Source: Rickettsiales bacterium (GTDB lineage: Bacteria > Pseudomonadota > Alphaproteobacteria > Rs-D84). Taken from it: 64,000 nucleotides of DNA. Below the pieces are notes generated by a model, which saw nothing but the letters and a program-made list of their open reading frames with translations, ran no database searches and was not told the DNA's origin. A program made the translations under genes and the position numbers. How positions within the stretch are numbered: position 1 is the stretch's first letter; each line of letters starts with the position of its first letter. Below, in pieces: positions 58,802-64,000 of the stretch. The stretch spans positions 97,232 through 161,231 of the forward strand of contig JAITJD010000009.1 in NCBI GenBank assembly GCA_031279085.1, in the 5' to 3' direction.

Positions 58802-59305
58802 ATGAAGATAACATGCGATTTTTGCAAGACCGAATACTCGGTGGGCCGCGCGCCGGTCGCGCCGGTCCAATGCGCGGTATGCGGGCATGTCTGGACAGTC
58901 GCGCGCCAGGCCCGCGGGCATACGTTTTTGGTTTTTGCGGCGGCCGTTTGCGCCCTGCTGGCCGCCGCCGTGTTTTCATTCGCGATAATAATAAACCACC
59001 GGGCGGAAAGCTTGAAGAAAAAACCGCTGGCCGCGCATATTTCCGAAGTGCATTCCGTAATAGACGCATTCGGCGCGCCGCATTTTGTTGTCAGCGGGAA
59101 AGTGATCAACAGGTCGGAAAAAATCTACGGGGTTCCCGACCTTGTAATAACATCGCGCGACGATGCGGGCAATATCGTCGCCCAGCAAAAGTTCATGCCG
59201 TCCGCAACGCTCCTGGATGCCGGCGAGGAAGTGAAATTCTCGCACACATTATCGGCTTCGTCCGAAAGCGTCAAAAAAATAACAGTCGAATTAAGCGACC
59301 AGTGA
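58802..59305 (+). CDS. MJ0042-type zinc-ribbon membrane protein (DUF3426-like C-domain)
   Basis: MKITCDFCKTEYSV...VQCAVCGHVW zinc ribbon, a TM segment, then a ~90-aa beta-rich domain. Confidence 0.65.
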   Translation: MKITCDFCKTEYSVGRAPVAPVQCAVCGHVWTVARQARGHTFLVFAAAVCALLAAAVFSFAIIINHRAESLKKKPLAAHISEVHSVIDAFGAPHFVVSGKVINRSEKIYGVPDLVITSRDDAGNIVAQQKFMPSATLLDAGEEVKFSHTLSASSESVKKITVELSDQ

Positions 59306-59319
59306 AATAGGTAAAAAAA

Positions 59320-59766
59320 ATGAAAAAATATTTATTCTTTATCTTTTATTCTTTATTCTTTGTTTTTTGCGCCCAAGGCGCGGAACGTGTCAGCATATTT
59401 TCAACCAGCGCCGACTGGGAGGCGATATCAGGCCTTCGTTTTTTTCAATCGGCAATTGATTTCCAGCCGGATTCAAAATTGATAGGCAAAGGCCTTGAAC
59501 TGTATTTTCTTGATAATTTTCCATGCTTTGGGCAGACCGACAGCACCCAGATTTGGCTTGGCGCGAACAGCGACAATGGCAGAAGAATCAGGATTGTCTG
59601 CCTGTTTGCTCCTGAGAAAGTATATTTCGCATGGCGCAATGCCGCCCGCGATGCCAACCAGGACAAAACGACCGGAATTTTGGAATGTCCGGTAAAAGGA
59701 GAATCCGCTTTCAAGATAAATTTGTCCGACTGCGTCAAAGGCAAGGAATGGAAAGAGTACAAATAG
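59320..59766 (+). CDS. secreted hypothetical protein
   Basis: Signal peptide MKKYLFFIFYSLFFVFCAQGA. No recognisable motif. Confidence 0.5.
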   Translation: MKKYLFFIFYSLFFVFCAQGAERVSIFSTSADWEAISGLRFFQSAIDFQPDSKLIGKGLELYFLDNFPCFGQTDSTQIWLGANSDNGRRIRIVCLFAPEKVYFAWRNAARDANQDKTTGILECPVKGESAFKINLSDCVKGKEWKEYK

Positions 59767-59817
59767 CCGAAAGTCCGCAGGCGACTGTGGAATATTGACT
59801 AATGATTGTGGACTAAA

Positions 59818-60783
59818 ATGACTGAGACAAGAATTTTTACAGCGGGCGCCGAAAATGCGGGCCAGCGGCTGGACAAGTTTCTGGCGCTGCAAATGCCGGA
59901 ATTTTCACGCAGCGAAATCCAAAAATTCAAAGCGCAAAGCGCGAACGGCAAAGCGCCGCTAAAACATTCATATAAATTGCGCGCAAATGACATCATAGAA
60001 GTTGAAATTCCAAAAAATATTCCAGATGATTGCGCGCTCAGTTTTGAACATTGCACTTTGGACTTAAATATTCTGCATGAAGATGACGACATAATAGTAA
60101 TAAACAAGCCGCGCGGCATCGTCATGTATCCGTCCGCTGGAAACAGGGACGGCACTTTGGTGCAAAATGTGCTGGCGCATGCAAATTTGTCGCGGTTGGG
60201 CGGCGCGACGCGCCCGGGGGTTGTTCACAGATTGGACAAAGACACCAGCGGAGTGGTGATTTTTGCAAAATCCGACGCGGCGTACCGCGAATTGGTCAAA
60301 ACTTTTGCGGCGCACGATTTGACCAGAAGCTATATCGCTTTCGTCTGGGGCGTGCCGAATTGGGAAAGCGCGGACATCAGCGGGAATATAGCAAGGTCTT
60401 CGCGAAACAGGCAGAAAATGACAATGGTCAGGCATGGCGGCAAAGAAGCGCATACTCAGGTTGATGTCATGAATGTTTGGGGCGGCGTTAAAGTGTCGCA
60501 GCTTCGCTGCACTCTGCTGACCGGTCGCACGCATCAAATCAGGGTTCATTTGTCGGCGCATGGATTTCCGGTATTATGCGATCCGGTTTACGGCCGCGGC
60601 TCGGCCAGATTGGGCAACGTGAAGAATCCTGAATTGCTGGAATTTTTGAAAACTCACAACGGCCAGATGCTGCATGCGGAGGTTTTGGAGCTAAAACATC
60701 CGACAACCGGCCAGCAATTGCGCTTTAAATCGCGCCTGCCGGAAGACATGCAGGAGTTGAAGGGGATTTTAAATCAATCATGA
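59818..60783 (+). CDS. rluD: RluA/RluD-family 23S rRNA pseudouridine synthase
   Basis: S4-like N-terminus (GQRLDKFLA), catalytic HRLDKDTSGVVIFAKSD, and ...GRTHQIRVH.... ATG 59818 is preferred over TTG 59806. Confidence 0.85.
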   Translation: MTETRIFTAGAENAGQRLDKFLALQMPEFSRSEIQKFKAQSANGKAPLKHSYKLRANDIIEVEIPKNIPDDCALSFEHCTLDLNILHEDDDIIVINKPRGIVMYPSAGNRDGTLVQNVLAHANLSRLGGATRPGVVHRLDKDTSGVVIFAKSDAAYRELVKTFAAHDLTRSYIAFVWGVPNWESADISGNIARSSRNRQKMTMVRHGGKEAHTQVDVMNVWGGVKVSQLRCTLLTGRTHQIRVHLSAHGFPVLCDPVYGRGSARLGNVKNPELLEFLKTHNGQMLHAEVLELKHPTTGQQLRFKSRLPEDMQELKGILNQS

Positions 60784-60813
60784 TACTGCCTTGCCTCTTG
60801 TTCTAAATTTCAT

Positions 60814-60842
60814 TTGTCCCAATATTATTTTTATGATATAAT
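60814..60842 (+). promoter_or_regulatory. sigma70-type promoter TTGTCC-N17-TATAAT
   Basis: Exact 17-nt spacing. GGAG SD at 60862, ATG at 60868. Confidence 0.55.
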
Positions 60843-60867
60843 GAAATAAAATATATGGAGTGCGGAG

Positions 60868-63800
60868 ATGTATTTTCTTAAAAAGTCATTTGGTTTTATT
60901 GTTGTTTTTGCCATGATTCCGGCCGTCTTTGCCGCAACCGCCCGTCCAAGCATAATTGCCTCGGCTTCATCAAGGATGCCGACGATGACAACTTCGATTT
61001 CAGGATTACTGACGACAAATACCAGCTCAGCCGCATCATTAATCGCCGACGCCGAGTGCATTGACGCATATACCAGCTGCGCCAAGGGCGCGGATGTTTG
61101 CGGCCCGGATTTTGAAGAATGCACGAACAAAACTCTGTTTTATGCCAAAAAGCCGCAATGCGCCAGCACTTTGATGCAGTGCAAGACAACCGGCATCACC
61201 AGCTTGTTCGGCACCAGCGCCCAGACGGCTTTCTCCAACAAGAATTCAAACGGCGAATATGTGTACCCGACCGCAGGCAGCGTCCTGGGACAGCTGATTG
61301 AGGCCGCGTATATCAACAATCGCTATGACACCAGCACCTGCGTGAAAAGGTACACCAGCTGCTTGAAAAAAGACGATGTCTGCGGCGCGGATTTTGAACT
61401 TTGCACCAGCAACACCGAATTCAAAAAGCAAAAGCTGTTCTGCGAATCCACATTGGCGCGCTGCCAGGCCGACGGCTTGACAGAATTGTTCGGCACCACC
61501 ACAACCGCTGCAAATCCGACGGCCAACAGCCGCCTTGGAATCATGATTTCCGAAGGCGCCGCGCTGGCTGCGGTGAATGCGGTCGCCACCTGCTATAAGG
61601 TTGCGGACCAGTGCATTCTGAACGCCTGCGCAACCAATCCCTATAAGTGCAAGGAAGGCAGCGAACAGACCATAGTGGATATTACCGAGACAATCAATAA
61701 TACCGACGGCACGACCACGACGACCAGCTCGCAAAATATTATGGGCGCGGTCAATCGCAACGAAATATCGGGCTTTATAAAGAATGCGTGCCAGGACACG
61801 ATCGGCGCGAACAAATTCTGCTACGCGACATTTTTGGGCAACGGCGCGATGCCGACAAATGCCCAGCTGCGCGATGAAGAAAACAAAGACGCCATTTACA
61901 GCGAGGCTTATTCTTCCCGCATGAACGATTCAATGAAGTCCAAGATTGATGCTCTGATAGAAAAGTTTGATAAAAAGACCAAGCAGCACTGCCAGGATAC
62001 CATCGTCAATTGCGCGATGCGCTCCTGCGGCGAGGGCAGCGGCGCGGCCTGCTATGCTTCCGCCTTCAACTCTTCCAACACCGTCAAGGGCGTGACGAAT
62101 CCGTCGACCATGTCGAACATCAAATACGGTTGCGAAGCCGTCGTCAACAACGATACATCATGCAAGTATGCCTCGGCTACATTTACGACGGCGGGCGTTA
62201 TCAACTTCCTGGAAAGCAGCCTGTTTGACACTTTGTTCACAGCTCCGGACAATACGGATGTCAGCAAGCCGGACGCGGTTGGCGCGGTTGCGGCGCTGAA
62301 TGCCCGGCTGTCGACTTCTTATAACCAGGCGGCGCTGGATCAGATGAAAAAGCAGTGCCAGACAGTCGCGACCGGATGCGTCAGAACCATGTGCGGCAAC
62401 GAATACACCAACTGTTATCGCAACCGCACGGATGTTTCCTCGACATTGACGAATACCGGCGAGGCAGCCTTTGACAAAAGCATGAACAAAGTCGGCGGCG
62501 TTCTGGATTACACGATTGTTCTGGGTCTGTGCCTGAACACGGTGAAGATCAACCCCGTATGCGAAGAGCATATCAAGGCCGAAGCCGCGCGCCGCAGCGC
62601 CAGCAGCAGCTATACCGCGAATTCCTGGGGCAGCGCCGGCAGCACGCGCGACGGCTGGCTGGGCGCGGGCGTGTATTCGGCTACTGGTAGTACTAGCGAG
62701 TATCAGGATATAGACGCGGACGGCAATATGCTGTGCACCACATCCAAAGACAACGGCGGGCAGATTGGCCGCTGCGACGATATCAGCGGAACATACATAT
62801 ATCCCTATATGATTTCCGAAACTTCGTACAAGATTGAACAGGCGGAGCGCACGGTATTCCGCGACTTGGTCTATGATTTGGAAAAAGAAGCCCAGGCGCA
62901 ATACAACGCCAAGCTGACCAAGCAGCAGAATATGTGCATATCCAGCAACAACGGCGGAATTGTCGGAACCAAGGACACGGGCAGCACATTCATGTGGGTG
63001 AAGTTGAGAAACAACAAGGTTCCGAAATCTTACGCGACTGCGGGCTTGAAAGCAAATGACTTCGTGACCAGCAATGAGTTGTACGGAAGCTTTTGCCGGA
63101 TTCGCGTGGTTTTGCAATCGGATGAAAAACATATTCAGGATGCGATTTCTGCGGGCAAGGATTGGGGCATCGCATACTTTGCGGCAGGCGATCCATTCAC
63201 ATGCGGCAGCTGGATACCACAGAGAGCTCTGGAAGAAATTTCCAGTTCTGTTGGAAAAGAAGCGGAAGATGAAAAGCGCAGGGGCGATGACAGAACCCGC
63301 GGCTGGATAACCGCGCTTGGCTCAGTTGTTGGCGGCGTGGGCGGCGGAATAGGCATGAATGCGCTGCAAAAAGGTTCCTTGGGCGGTTTGCTGGGAACAA
63401 CGAACAAGACGGACACCGTATCAACAAACGTTTCTCGCTGCCAGAGTTTTGTAAAGAATTACAAGTCCCAACCAGACGGAGTAAAAGCAGAATCGATAGG
63501 AACGGCTGCTATAAATGCTGCAAGAGAAATAGGGGATTTGAATAGTGATATAGGGTTTATTGAAACTGCTGTGGGGGATGCGGCGACGGCGGAGAATAGG
63601 GCGAAGAGTGCGGAGAATTTGGCGACGCTAGCGACGGCGGAGAATAAGGCGACGGTGGATACGGCGGCGAGAGATGAGAGGTTGGCGGCGACGAATGCGA
63701 AAAATGTAGCAAACCAAGCGATGGATACATTATCAGACCTTTGCAAATCAGAGGCGACTAGCGCAAAATCAAGCAGCAGTAAAACTATTGGAAATCTGGT

Positions 63801-63999
63801 TGGTGCCGGTGTAGGTGCGGTTGCCGGCGGCGTGCTGGGGTATACTATAACAAAGAGCGTTCAAGACGCCGCAGCCGAAGGCGCGAATGCCGAGGCTCGA
63901 AAAGCTTGGATGGAAGAAGTCGGCAATCACATACGCTGCTATATAGGCTCTGACGAGGTCGGCTCATACGGCGATATGATCAGCACTGAAATGGAATAA
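60868..63999 (+). CDS. giant secreted cysteine-rich protein (paralog 3 of 3) with two C-terminal Gly-zipper hydrophobic segments
   Basis: Signal peptide MYFLKKSFGFIVVFAMIPAVFA. Tandem ~90-aa Cys modules (CIDAYTSCAKGADVCGPDFEECT / CVKRYTSCLKKDDVCGADFELCT). ITALGSVVGGVGGGIGMNAL and IGNLVGAGVGAVAGGVLGYTI lie near the C-terminus. Confidence 0.7.
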   Translation: MYFLKKSFGFIVVFAMIPAVFAATARPSIIASASSRMPTMTTSISGLLTTNTSSAASLIADAECIDAYTSCAKGADVCGPDFEECTNKTLFYAKKPQCASTLMQCKTTGITSLFGTSAQTAFSNKNSNGEYVYPTAGSVLGQLIEAAYINNRYDTSTCVKRYTSCLKKDDVCGADFELCTSNTEFKKQKLFCESTLARCQADGLTELFGTTTTAANPTANSRLGIMISEGAALAAVNAVATCYKVADQCILNACATNPYKCKEGSEQTIVDITETINNTDGTTTTTSSQNIMGAVNRNEISGFIKNACQDTIGANKFCYATFLGNGAMPTNAQLRDEENKDAIYSEAYSSRMNDSMKSKIDALIEKFDKKTKQHCQDTIVNCAMRSCGEGSGAACYASAFNSSNTVKGVTNPSTMSNIKYGCEAVVNNDTSCKYASATFTTAGVINFLESSLFDTLFTAPDNTDVSKPDAVGAVAALNARLSTSYNQAALDQMKKQCQTVATGCVRTMCGNEYTNCYRNRTDVSSTLTNTGEAAFDKSMNKVGGVLDYTIVLGLCLNTVKINPVCEEHIKAEAARRSASSSYTANSWGSAGSTRDGWLGAGVYSATGSTSEYQDIDADGNMLCTTSKDNGGQIGRCDDISGTYIYPYMISETSYKIEQAERTVFRDLVYDLEKEAQAQYNAKLTKQQNMCISSNNGGIVGTKDTGSTFMWVKLRNNKVPKSYATAGLKANDFVTSNELYGSFCRIRVVLQSDEKHIQDAISAGKDWGIAYFAAGDPFTCGSWIPQRALEEISSSVGKEAEDEKRRGDDRTRGWITALGSVVGGVGGGIGMNALQKGSLGGLLGTTNKTDTVSTNVSRCQSFVKNYKSQPDGVKAESIGTAAINAAREIGDLNSDIGFIETAVGDAATAENRAKSAENLATLATAENKATVDTAARDERLAATNAKNVANQAMDTLSDLCKSEATSAKSSSSKTIGNLVGAGVGAVAGGVLGYTITKSVQDAAAEGANAEARKAWMEEVGNHIRCYIGSDEVGSYGDMISTEME

Positions 64000-64000
64000 A

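Noticed and set aside
62158-63132. 324-aa minus-strand ORF, plus other long antisense ORFs (48369-48983, 47296-47856, 43223-43813, 34490-35058).
   Set aside because: They are antisense to strongly supported genes (Cys-rich protein 3, gyrA, valS, Cys-rich protein 2). Their Arg/Ala-rich composition is typical of antisense frames in GC-richer coding DNA.

Overview
This is a 64-kb chromosomal segment of a Gram-negative bacterium. All calls come from manual motif and pattern reading; no database search, alignment or folding program was run. The organism looks alphaproteobacterium-like and probably host-associated or uncultured. That reading rests on a short alpha-type 16S, an alpha-type 'MxTHExxW...DPTTFNKSKR' HTH repressor, and a Rickettsiales-style ValRS (PPPTVSGSLHMGH...GWDDNGLPTERRVQ). 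Housekeeping genes present: der, rsmE, rluB-like, fabZ, lpxD, a 16S-tRNAIle-23S-5S operon, ftsW, murG, comF, valS, rpmH, gyrA, pnuC-like, a merR-family gene, skp, dnaX and rluD. Conserved clusters are fragmented: skp is separated from lpxD-fabZ, and ftsW-murG stands alone. They are interleaved with unusual material. (1) A polar, cassette-like array is delimited by an invariant 20-bp palindrome, TTGTCCTTTATAAAGGACAA (15.4-22.2 kb). A smaller inverted copy sits between the 5S gene and the rRNA terminator (31.07-31.59 kb). (2) A second family of modular hairpin repeats occurs at 12.5-13.8 kb and, inverted, at 36.5-37.2 kb. (3) A 3.3-kb insertion flanked by direct repeats contains a nested 1.08-kb AT-rich element bounded by terminal inverted repeats (TIRs). 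(4) Three paralogous giant cysteine-rich secreted proteins (687, 770 and 1043 aa) and two paralogous small cysteine-rich secreted proteins are present; the small ones have a conserved leader that mimics their own start region. (5) An operon encodes three paralogous 400-470 aa proteins with prepilin-type N-termini, and a pilin gene lies directly downstream of dnaX. (6) An orphan VirD4/TraG coupling protein is present. (7) The 23S gene carries a ~270-nt intervening sequence. No recombinase, transposase, CRISPR array or classical integron was recognised.
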